A stretch of 43,697 nt of DNA, taken from positions 1 through 43,697 of IMG/VR virus record IMGVR_UViG_3300012943_000030; one strand, written 5' to 3'. The position numbers and the translations under genes are program-made. The notes below the pieces were generated by a model that saw only the letters and a program-made list of their open reading frames with translations, made no database searches and had not been told where the DNA came from. Below, in pieces: positions 24,546 to 32,534 of this stretch (position 1 is its first letter; the number at the start of each line of letters is the position of its first letter). This DNA comes from a virus. Taxonomy: Duplodnaviria > Heunggongvirae > Uroviricota > Caudoviricetes.

Positions 24546-24745
24546 ACTCGAAGGCATACAGCGCGACGATCAAGCTCACTCCGGATGAAGTGAAGAACCT
24601 GATCATCGATGCCCTCGGACTGCCCGCCAGCACCAAGATCACGTTCAATGTGACGCAGGCTGGTGGTGACCGCCCGTTCGAAAGCTCATACCCATCATTC
24701 TCTGGTGCCCACGTAGAGGCACAGCACACCATAGCGCGCCCGTAG
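24542..24745 (+). CDS. Hypothetical protein ending at a TAG inside suppressor tRNA 1
   Basis: ATGA coupling; the stop is tRNA positions 8-10. Confidence 0.7.
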   Translation: MNSKAYSATIKLTPDEVKNLIIDALGLPASTKITFNVTQAGGDRPFESSYPSFSGAHVEAQHTIARP

Positions 24746-24809
24746 CTCAGCGGCCGAGCAGCGGTCTCTAAAACCGTGGACGTGGGTTCGATCCCCACCG
24801 GGCGCACCA
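24736..24809 (+). tRNA. Amber suppressor tRNA 1 (anticodon CUA, A73)
   Basis: GCGCCCG/CGGGCGC-A-CCA; GCGGT-CTCTAAA-ACCGT; T-arm GTGGG-TTCGATC-CCCAC. Confidence 0.92.
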
Positions 24810-24823
24810 ACTTGGAGAGTAAA

Positions 24824-25090
24824 TTGAAACTCGAAGACGTTCCAGTAGAAACTGCTAAGCTTCTTGAAGATGCGAAGCGCATCCGTGAGCGGCATGATGT
24901 CGAGGTCAAGGCCTTCTACGAGAAGCTCCAGAAGTTCATCAGCGACAACCCAGAGGTTCACGCCTACGGTGTCGAGTTCTCCATGTCGTATCAAACGACC
25001 AATGATCTAATCGAAATTGGCGAGCTTCTCGTGCAACCATACAATGGTGATTGGGTGTACTGGCTGCCTTCATCTTGGGAACGCTGCTGA
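24824..25090 (+). CDS. Hypothetical protein
   Basis: GGAGA RBS before a TTG start; the frame is also open through the tRNA. Confidence 0.72.
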   Translation: MKLEDVPVETAKLLEDAKRIRERHDVEVKAFYEKLQKFISDNPEVHAYGVEFSMSYQTTNDLIEIGELLVQPYNGDWVYWLPSSWERC

Positions 25091-25121
25091 TCGATTGGTT
25101 CGCGCTATCCAAGCGCCGTGC

Positions 25122-25128
25122 ATAAATA
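25122..25128 (+). promoter_or_regulatory. Late-type promoter directly upstream of suppressor tRNA 2
   Basis: ATAAATA 7 nt before the tRNA 5' end. Confidence 0.65.
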
Positions 25129-25135
25129 TCCTTTT

Positions 25136-25209
25136 GCTCTCATAGCTCAGCGTCAGAGCAGCGGTCTCTAAAACTGAAGACGTGGGTTAAACTCCCACTG
25201 AGGGCGCCA
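25136..25209 (+). tRNA. Amber suppressor tRNA 2 (anticodon CUA, G73, variant T-loop)
   Basis: GCTCTCA/TGAGGGC-G-CCA; GCGGT-CTCTAAA-ACTGA; T-loop TTAAACT. Confidence 0.85.
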
Positions 25210-25228
25210 ATTCAATCTAGGAGTGCAT

Positions 25229-25483
25229 ATGCGCTTTGTCTCTAAGGGGCAAGAACGAAGCGATGAATATCTTCTGATGAAAGCTGTTTGTGGAGAGATC
25301 AACACCCACATCGGGGAGCGCAATGTGCGCGTAAGCTCCCTCTCATACTCAAGCGTGCTACCACATTCTCTTGCGGAGCGCGTTGCCCACAAGTACCGCC
25401 GAGCAGGGTGGGAAGTTGCATGGAACATCTTTGAACTTCCATGTGGTGGTCAACGTACCACTTTCACCTTTGTCGCGCAGTAG
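25229..25483 (+). CDS. Hypothetical protein
   Basis: AGGAG RBS; 84 aa. Confidence 0.7.
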   Translation: MRFVSKGQERSDEYLLMKAVCGEINTHIGERNVRVSSLSYSSVLPHSLAERVAHKYRRAGWEVAWNIFELPCGGQRTTFTFVAQ

Positions 25484-25608
25484 AAAAACGACCATCTGGC
25501 GGCGCCAATAAATACGGACAATCAAGCTAACGCGACACACTAACAAGACAATCTGAGCTCATCCTATACGTGTGATACCACATATCACTCGAGCGTGAGG
25601 ATTTATGT

Positions 25609-26283
25609 ATGAAGCTCGTTTCAATGTTCGTTGCTGCCGCGGCAGCGCTGCTTCTCGGCGGCTCTACTGTCAAGGCTGATAGGATACAAATCGCCAACTA
25701 TGAAGGTGAATGGCTAAAACAGGTAGGTGCTCTCAAGACCACTGCTGAAGAGCAGAAGCTCACCATAGGCGTTGCAACCGCAGATGGTGGTGGAGAGGCA
25801 GGTAGCCCAGCAGCTTCCAGCTTTTACATTCACAAGACAACAGGCGCAAAGTTCTGCGTGATTACGATCACCGTGCGCAACAACCCACTTGCAGTTGTTC
25901 TATTTGAGAGGACACCGAAAGATCAAAGAGAGCTGGCGCTGAAGGCAATACTGATGCATGAGCTTGGGCACTGCGCCCAGTTCGTGCATGATACCGACCG
26001 CGTCATGAGCGTGACTGAGATGAGGAAGGAAGCATACGCTGATGTCTACTCAATCGCGCTGATGTCGAAGCTTTCTGACATAGAGTTTAGCAAGGTTCTT
26101 TCCTTCTTCATCTGGTTTAGGGTGAAGGTAGGCGAACCGCCAAAAGATCCAGTTCAGAAAAATTCCTATGATCGCTACGATACGCTCCCATACATTTTGA
26201 GGGCCATCGAGATTAGGGAGCTAGCAAAACAATACCCGCCAGAGAAAGTGGCGGCTTACATCGTATACGAAGAGAAACTATGA
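25609..26283 (+). CDS. Secreted zincin-like metallopeptidase
   Basis: Signal peptide; MHELGHC (HExxH) plus EAYAD; ATAAATA at 25508. Confidence 0.7.
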   Translation: MKLVSMFVAAAAALLLGGSTVKADRIQIANYEGEWLKQVGALKTTAEEQKLTIGVATADGGGEAGSPAASSFYIHKTTGAKFCVITITVRNNPLAVVLFERTPKDQRELALKAILMHELGHCAQFVHDTDRVMSVTEMRKEAYADVYSIALMSKLSDIEFSKVLSFFIWFRVKVGEPPKDPVQKNSYDRYDTLPYILRAIEIRELAKQYPPEKVAAYIVYEEKL

Positions 26284-26861
26284 CAGTCGCGCTAATTGGG
26301 GGTCGCTCAGGTCTCGGTGAAAAGATCGCCCAGCATTTTGACGGCTGCGCAGTGCTGAGCCGCCCTACCTATGACATCTCAACTGTTGAAGGTAGGGCGG
26401 CAATCTGCGATGAGGTAGATCGGCTTAGTTCCGACATTGTCGTTCTCAACTCGTTTGATCATAACCATCGTCGGTCCCAGTTTGATACGTTCGTGTCTCT
26501 CTGGGACCGTTTTTCTTCCAGGCCAATCACCATCGTGGTGATCTCCTCCTTCGCAAAGAACTATGCAGGCATCGATGTTGGAGATGCTGGCTTTCAGGCC
26601 TACTGTCTTGCCAAGAAGAGGCTTTCAGAACAAGCGCTACGATCTGCCTACAGCAGCTCAGCAGCCAAGGTGGTAGTCATCGAGCCGTGCGTGGTTGAGA
26701 ATAATGCAGGCAAGAACTTCGTTGATGGAACCTACATCACATACGATGAACTTCTAGACATGATCGATTGTGGTCTGGATCAAGTCAAGAACTGCAGAGC
26801 AACCTGTATTTCTAGGGTTGGCTTACATTCTGACGCTAGTTTACTTCAGGTCAGGACGTGA
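26280..26861 (+). CDS. Short-chain dehydrogenase/reductase-like protein
   Basis: LIGGRSGLG Rossmann motif; YCLAK (YxxxK). Confidence 0.68.
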   Translation: MTVALIGGRSGLGEKIAQHFDGCAVLSRPTYDISTVEGRAAICDEVDRLSSDIVVLNSFDHNHRRSQFDTFVSLWDRFSSRPITIVVISSFAKNYAGIDVGDAGFQAYCLAKKRLSEQALRSAYSSSAAKVVVIEPCVVENNAGKNFVDGTYITYDELLDMIDCGLDQVKNCRATCISRVGLHSDASLLQVRT

Positions 26862-26872
26862 TAGAATAAATA
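26839..26872 (+). promoter_or_regulatory. Overlapping sigma70-like and late-type promoters of the amber-gated operon
   Basis: GTTTAC-N17-TAGAAT (26839-26867) overlapping ATAAATA (26866-26872). Confidence 0.6.
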
Positions 26873-26923
26873 CCACACTTGATTGAAACATAGTTTTCCG
26901 ATTAACCAACCAGGAGATTGATC

Positions 26924-27256
26924 ATGAAGAAGTAGGTTGAAGACACGTACCTGTATGCCATCTCTCGCCGCGACATTCCGCTCGCGCAACAGGCAGTACA
27001 GGCAGCCCACGCCGCAATCGAGCACGCGTACCAATTTGGTCGCCCTGCCGATCATCACCCTTCGTACATTCATCTGACCATCCGCGACAAGCACCAGCTT
27101 GAGACGCTTCGTTCTGCCCTGAACGAGAAGGGAACCCAAACATCCGAATTCAGTGAGCCATACCAGGAATGGGGTCTCACCGCAATCGCCTGCCTCCTCA
27201 CCGAGGAACAGCGAAAGCTTCTTTCGGACCTACCACTTTGGAGGATCAAGTCATGA
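26924..27256 (+). CDS. Pth2-like (peptidyl-tRNA hydrolase II fold) protein with an in-frame TAG at codon 4
   Basis: AGGAG-N7-ATG AAG AAG TAG GTT...; read-through gives 110 aa: YLYAISRRDIPLAQQAVQAAHAAIE...FSEPY...LTAIA...LSDLPL, matching the Pth2 xxRxD...AxQxxHAA pattern; absent from the ORF track. Confidence 0.8.
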
Positions 27257-27858
27257 CGTAGGTACTTTCAAGCACACTCGAAGAGCTTCATGAGGCAATG
27301 GCTTCATGCGAGCAGGCCCCCGGCCTCAACATGCTTCAACACGGTCAAGCCGTGCACGAGCACTACAAGCAGCTCATTGCTGAGCTCGAGGCAGGAACAC
27401 ACGAGAGCAAGGAACTTCAGGCGCTATATGAGCAGCTGAAGCACAACCTTCCTCCACCTGAAACACTCAAACGCTACCACATCTACCATGATTGTGGCAA
27501 GCACCTCTGCCTTACCATTGGCCCTGATGGCAAGCGTCGCTTCCCTGGACATGCGGAAGCGTCAGCTCGGCAGTTCTCCAATATCTTCCCTGACGACGGC
27601 TTTACCAAGGCGCTCATCGCGCGAGACATGGACTTTCATTGTCTCCGCGGTGATGATCTGCTGCGCCTATGGAAAAGCCCTTTCGCGCCGATCCTCTACT
27701 TTACCGCCTGGGCGGAGATCAACGCGAACGCCGAAATGTTCGGTGGCCGGGGTTCTGAGAGCTACAAGATCAAGCGCTCTCGCCTTATTCAGGCTGGAAA
27801 GAAGTACAAAGGAGAAAGCCATGTGGTGGCCATTCAAGAAGAAACAGCAGACTGCTAA
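27253..27858 (+). CDS. HD-domain protein with an in-frame TAG at codon 3
   Basis: GGAGG-N9-ATG ACG TAG GTA..., ATGA-coupled to the Pth2-like stop and in frame with ORF 27298..27858; QHG...YHDCGK...PGHAEAS...DMDFH. Confidence 0.78.
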
Positions 27859-28213
27859 GACGTTCGTAATCAACAACATTCAGGAGACACGATACATGAG
27901 CACCCCGACATTCACGTTCAAGACCCGCGAAGAGTACCTTGAGTACAAGGCTCAGTGGAAGGAGCGCTACTTCGGAACCATCAAGAAGATCCGCGAGGCG
28001 GCGCTTGCAAAGAGAACCGCCTTTAGGGAGTTCTCGCGCAACACTGACGAGCAGTACAGCAAGACATGGATGGCCGCCCTGAGGCCAGCACATGACGCGT
28101 TCTATGCCCACAACAGGCTCAAGGCTGAGGCGACAAACCTTCTGTCTGAGAGGACGTACTCAAAGATCGAGGCTGGTCGCCAGAGGGAAAAGAAACTGAC
28201 CCAGGCTGCCTAA
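27821..28213 (+). CDS. Hypothetical helical basic protein
   Basis: AAGGAG RBS; alternative start at 27896. Confidence 0.75.
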   Translation: MWWPFKKKQQTAKTFVINNIQETRYMSTPTFTFKTREEYLEYKAQWKERYFGTIKKIREAALAKRTAFREFSRNTDEQYSKTWMAALRPAHDAFYAHNRLKAEATNLLSERTYSKIEAGRQREKKLTQAA

Positions 28214-28256
28214 TCTCCATTTAACATAATTGCCCTGGTCAGAGCAGGGCAATCTG

Positions 28257-28285
28257 TGTACAACCTGCTCAAACTAGGATACAAT
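28257..28285 (+). promoter_or_regulatory. Sigma70-like promoter of the polysaccharide module
   Basis: TGTACA-N17-TACAAT, preceded by TTAACATAAT (28221) and the hairpin ATTGCCCTG/CAGGGCAAT. Confidence 0.65.
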
Positions 28286-28300
28286 GCTGATTGAAACTCG

Positions 28301-29356
28301 TTGACACTAAGGATGTGTATCTTGGGAAAACTGTGTGCTGTAATTGCAGTCTACAACGAAGCAGTTGTAATTCACAGGACTGTCAAATCGCTGTTCGAAG
28401 CTGGTTTCACCAAGGACGAGCTCTTCTTCGTCGACGACTGCTCAACCGACGACACCTACGCCATCCTTCAATCGCTGCCAGTCAACAGCATCCGCGTTGA
28501 CGAGAACGGTGGCAAGGCTATGGCTCAGCGCTTCGCGCTGAAGCACTTCGATCTGTACGCCAAGTCCGAGTACGTCATCTTCTTGGACGGCGACACAATC
28601 GTTGATCCAAACTTCCGAGCGGTGCTGCTCGCCCGCGCTGCCAAGGAGCCTGCTGTTGGTCTATTCGTTGGGCGCGTGAAATCTTCCCAAGAGAGCCATA
28701 TCTATTCGGCGCATCGCGCCGTTGAGTACACGTTTGGACAAGACGTTACCAAAGAGGGACAGAGCAACTTTGGCCTGATCTTCGTGTCGCCAGGCTGCGC
28801 GTCAATGTACCGCACCGACGTTCTCAGCAAGCTTAGCATCGACAACGATACTCTCGCAGAGGACATGGACCTTACCATGCAAGCGCAGCGCCTAAAATCG
28901 AAGGTGCGCTTCGTGTCCAATGCCATCGTTATTACCCAAGACCCATGCACACTTCGAGACTACACCAAGCAAATCTCGAGATGGTATCGTGGATTTTGGC
29001 AGATCGTGCTGAAGCATGGTGTGTTCTCATTCCGCAAGAAGCAGTTCATTGATATCTACATGATGTACCTCTGCTTCGAGCTGTTTACCGACGTCATCGC
29101 GATGGTCATCTTCGCGTGTATTTTCCATTCAATTCTTGGTCACAACCTGTTGGTAGCTACTGGTTTGTGGCTGCTGCTGAGATTTTTGGTCAATCTCTAT
29201 GTGTCAATACGCACTAGGCGACTTGACGTTCTATACAAGTTCCCGCAGATCGTCGGCTTACAGATGGTGAACATGTATGTGCACATGCGCTCCTTCGTGG
29301 AGATAGTCGTGCTGCGGAAAACCATTTTGACTTGGAACAAGGTAGCGAGGTACTGA
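28301..29356 (+). CDS. Processive GT2 glycosyltransferase (IcaA/PgaC-like)
   Basis: VDDCSTD, GGKA, DGD, AEDMD, QISRW (D,D,D,QxxRW) and C-terminal TM helices; start uncertain (28301-28322). Confidence 0.9.
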   Translation: MTLRMCILGKLCAVIAVYNEAVVIHRTVKSLFEAGFTKDELFFVDDCSTDDTYAILQSLPVNSIRVDENGGKAMAQRFALKHFDLYAKSEYVIFLDGDTIVDPNFRAVLLARAAKEPAVGLFVGRVKSSQESHIYSAHRAVEYTFGQDVTKEGQSNFGLIFVSPGCASMYRTDVLSKLSIDNDTLAEDMDLTMQAQRLKSKVRFVSNAIVITQDPCTLRDYTKQISRWYRGFWQIVLKHGVFSFRKKQFIDIYMMYLCFELFTDVIAMVIFACIFHSILGHNLLVATGLWLLLRFLVNLYVSIRTRRLDVLYKFPQIVGLQMVNMYVHMRSFVEIVVLRKTILTWNKVARY

Positions 29357-30171
29357 TGAAAACTTTAATCGTTGCATGCGCGCTCTTTTTCAGCCAGCTC
29401 GCTTCTGCTGACGCGGTCACGGTGCTGATGTATCACCGCGTCGTTAGTGAGTTCACAGCCGACACTCCTCCAGGCGAGACGGCCATCACGGTCAACCAGT
29501 TCAAGGAGCAGATGAACTGGCTTCACTTGCAAGGTTACAAGACCGTGCTGACACGCGATCTTACAAAGATGATGAGCGGCAACAAGCCGCTGCCGAGCAA
29601 GACGGTCGTTCTATCATTTGATGATGGCTGGATCGACCAGCTGAACACGCTGCCGATCATGAAGCAGTACAAATATCGCGGTGTGTTCGCTATCATCGCT
29701 CGCATACCAGATACCAAGTACCCCGTCTATATGACGTGGGACCAAGTTCGGCTTGTTGCCAAGGATCACGAGATCGCGTCGCACATGTACTCGCATTCTC
29801 ACCTCAATGATGGTTCGATGGATTATCCGGCAGCAGCCGAGATCATTGCGTCGAAGGAGATCATCGAGAAGCAGGTGAAGAAGCCCATCACAACGATCGT
29901 GTGGCCGTACGGCGAATACAACAAAACCTTCATCGCCACTGCAAAGAACATCGGCTTCAATGCGGCAATGACTGTCAACCAGTCATGGTGCATCGTTCCA
30001 GATGCGCCGAAAGATATTCCCTGGGAAACGTGCCTGACGATGACGAAAAACGATGCCGGCCAGGACCCACTCTACATCAGACGGACGGTCGTTGACGGTC
30101 GTTGCGATCTGGCGTTCTTCATCAAGAGCGTGGAAACTGGAGCAGCAGATACCAATGAATGCGTCAAGTAG
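29356..30171 (+). CDS. Polysaccharide deacetylase (NodB/IcaB/PgaB-like), secreted
   Basis: Signal peptide; VLMYHRV, LSFDDG, SHMYSH, WPYG. Confidence 0.9.
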   Translation: MKTLIVACALFFSQLASADAVTVLMYHRVVSEFTADTPPGETAITVNQFKEQMNWLHLQGYKTVLTRDLTKMMSGNKPLPSKTVVLSFDDGWIDQLNTLPIMKQYKYRGVFAIIARIPDTKYPVYMTWDQVRLVAKDHEIASHMYSHSHLNDGSMDYPAAAEIIASKEIIEKQVKKPITTIVWPYGEYNKTFIATAKNIGFNAAMTVNQSWCIVPDAPKDIPWETCLTMTKNDAGQDPLYIRRTVVDGRCDLAFFIKSVETGAADTNECVK

Positions 30172-31147
30172 ACAGCTGTACCCAGATCTGCTGCGCACCG
30201 GTGCGATATTTCGCATCGTGGTGTTCCACTTCTTCAGCTGGCCATTCCTATCATACCTTCCGTCGCTAGGCATCATGTTTGCCCTTGGTGGTTGGTTCAT
30301 GGCAAATTCGCTGGACAAGAAACAGTTTGGTGAGGTCATGCTGTCCAGGCTTGGCCGCCTCCTGCCAGTCTGGTACGGATTTGCTGCGACAATGCTTCTC
30401 GCTGGCTACCTTTACTCCAAGGGCGCTGGAACTGAACTGAAGCCATCTCTGTCATGGTTATTTCCATATGAGCGCGTGACCTGGAACCTCGACAATGCGT
30501 ATGCCAACGGAGCCATCGTGGTGACGTGGTACATCTCCACTTACTTGTGGCTGCTCGCGATAACCCCAGTCCTGCTGTTCCTCTATCGTCGGCTGTCATG
30601 GCTTGCGATCTTCGGCGCTGTCGGTGCATTGATTGCGTACGCCAAGTTATGGCCGTTCCAGGATACCATTTTTGGTGAAACATGGTTTGATGTGCTCTGC
30701 TTTGCATGCTGCTGGATGCTCGGCTTCGCAAGAGCTGATGGCAAGATCCAAGCTCTACCTCGGTACATTTCGTACCTCGTCCTGGCCTCATGTACAGCTT
30801 ACGCAATAGCAACATCGTATGATACTGGCACGCTAGAGGGCAATCCGATCGGATACTCGCTGATGTCATTTGGTATCGCGTTCGTGGTATTGTCACTCAA
30901 CCCCGACCTGTCTAAAATCCCCGCTGCCATCCGTGGTCTCATTTCCACGGTGAACAACCATGCCGTGACAGTCTACTTGTACCACAACACGGCCATCAAT
31001 GCGTCGTTCATTGTTGGTGGTGCCATTGGGGCGTACAATTTCGGCTCATCGGTAGGTCAGGTTACAAGCTTCCTGATTGCGCTCTGCCTGGTGTATCTAG
31101 GCATCAGGACCGTCGGGCGCGTCGAAGCCAATCGATGGTTTGATTGA
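30155..31147 (+). CDS. Acyltransferase family 3 (IcaC/OafA-like)
   Basis: DLLRTGAIFRIVVFH, RLGRLLP, TWYI; about 10 TM helices. Confidence 0.85.
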   Translation: MNASSRQLYPDLLRTGAIFRIVVFHFFSWPFLSYLPSLGIMFALGGWFMANSLDKKQFGEVMLSRLGRLLPVWYGFAATMLLAGYLYSKGAGTELKPSLSWLFPYERVTWNLDNAYANGAIVVTWYISTYLWLLAITPVLLFLYRRLSWLAIFGAVGALIAYAKLWPFQDTIFGETWFDVLCFACCWMLGFARADGKIQALPRYISYLVLASCTAYAIATSYDTGTLEGNPIGYSLMSFGIAFVVLSLNPDLSKIPAAIRGLISTVNNHAVTVYLYHNTAINASFIVGGAIGAYNFGSSVGQVTSFLIALCLVYLGIRTVGRVEANRWFD

Positions 31148-31224
31148 AAAACAGTTTTCATTAGCTTGGGTGTTGTGATATAATCTAATCTCTTAGTTTT
31201 TGCATCGCTATAAGGAGTTCCTAA

Positions 31225-31725
31225 ATGTTGAAGAAAATTCTGATTGCTGCCATCGCGGTACTCAGCACGTCAGTCGCTGTCGCAGGCGATGACTACGCTG
31301 GTCCGGTTGGCTACCCTGGTTCCACCTGGGGTCACTTCGCTTTCCCATCATCTGCATACAACGCTGGCGTCGAGAAGGACAACTGGATCTACCAGGGCAA
31401 GATCACGCAGGGCGTAGACTGGGTCAACTTCGGTGTTGATGACCAGTGGGTGTTCGACACGTACGCGTCGGTCGGCTTCTCCGTGGATCGCCTCGGCATC
31501 GTGTACAACAACAAGCTCGTGCCGGCACTGGGTGCCAAGCTGTCGCGCAAGTTCAGCCACGGCGCCATCGACTTCGGTGTCGAAGGTCTCTACGAGAAGC
31601 ACTTCGGCAAGCGCAACTCAAGCGGCGAACTTTGGTCCAACGTCGGTTCGTCACCTGAAAAGGGTGCTCACGGCTACGGCGTGCAGGGCTACGTTTCCTA
31701 CTGGTTCGGCTGGAACGGCAAGTAA
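31225..31725 (+). CDS. Secreted, probably outer-membrane beta-strand protein
   Basis: AAGGAG RBS; signal peptide; alternating aromatic beta-strands ending YVSYWFGWNGK. Confidence 0.6.
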   Translation: MLKKILIAAIAVLSTSVAVAGDDYAGPVGYPGSTWGHFAFPSSAYNAGVEKDNWIYQGKITQGVDWVNFGVDDQWVFDTYASVGFSVDRLGIVYNNKLVPALGAKLSRKFSHGAIDFGVEGLYEKHFGKRNSSGELWSNVGSSPEKGAHGYGVQGYVSYWFGWNGK

Positions 31726-31737
31726 GGGGATATTTCA

Positions 31738-31959
31738 ATGCCCATTTACAACCCAGGAAACAACGTGATCGTCAACTTCATCATGCGGTTCCCAAAGACC
31801 GCGGCTGTAGCGGCGATCATCGGTGTGACCACCCCAGTCGTGGTGGAACACAAGGCCGTCGAAAAGCCGAAGGAAGCAGTGGTAGTTGTTCAGCAGCCCG
31901 TTCTGCAGACACCGCCGCCGCCCCCACCTCCGGTGACGGTCAAGAAGCCATTGGAATAA
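31738..31959 (+). CDS. Small Pro-rich membrane-anchored protein
   Basis: Hydrophobic segment then QTPPPPPPP. Confidence 0.55.
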   Translation: MPIYNPGNNVIVNFIMRFPKTAAVAAIIGVTTPVVVEHKAVEKPKEAVVVVQQPVLQTPPPPPPPVTVKKPLE

Positions 31960-31990
31960 CAAGATCGCCAGGCTCGCGCCTGGCGAAATC

Positions 31991-32512
31991 TTGATGACGA
32001 AATTCCTCGGCATATTCTTGTGTCTTCTTGCGTCAGCCACGCTGGCCAAGGAGAACACTCTTCCGCCTGATGATCTAATTCCGCTCGAAGAGCTTGAAGA
32101 GGTTGTCGTAACAGGTGTAAGAGGTGATCTCGAAATCTACGTCTTCATAGATGAAGCCAAAATCTGCTTTATCCCACGCGGCTGGGAAGCAACTCACTGC
32201 TTCAACGCGCTGGTAGGCAAGAATACTCCACGCGGAGAATTCTCTCTCAAAAGGTATCGAACTCCAATAGCCGCATACGGCGGCGACATTCTCGTGTTCA
32301 AGGAGAATGAAAAATCGGTCTGGGCCATTCACCGCGTCATAAGCGTTCCAGGCCAGAACAGACTGAAGCGAATTCAAAGCGACAAAGCGAAACACCGAAC
32401 GGTTGTAACGCACGGCTGCATCAACGTCATGCCTGACGTCTATGAGCTGATTGTCGATTGTTGCTCAAATTCCAAGATCAAGATAACCACAATGAGGACC
32501 CCTGGCGGATAA
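31991..32512 (+). CDS. L,D-transpeptidase (YkuD)-like secreted protein
   Basis: Signal peptide; TPRGEF, AIHRV...THGCINV (catalytic His/Cys pattern). Confidence 0.75.
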   Translation: MMTKFLGIFLCLLASATLAKENTLPPDDLIPLEELEEVVVTGVRGDLEIYVFIDEAKICFIPRGWEATHCFNALVGKNTPRGEFSLKRYRTPIAAYGGDILVFKENEKSVWAIHRVISVPGQNRLKRIQSDKAKHRTVVTHGCINVMPDVYELIVDCCSNSKIKITTMRTPGG

Positions 32513-32534
32513 ATATCCGTTTGGAGGTACTCGT

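Noticed and set aside
26922-27143. Minus-strand 73-aa ORF from the track
   Set aside because: It is the antisense shadow of the amber-interrupted Pth2-like gene on the + strand.
27298-27300. ATG 27298 as the true start of the HD gene
   Set aside because: Its GAGG is only 2 nt upstream, whereas ATG 27253 has GGAGG at 9 nt and ATGA coupling; low-level use cannot be excluded.
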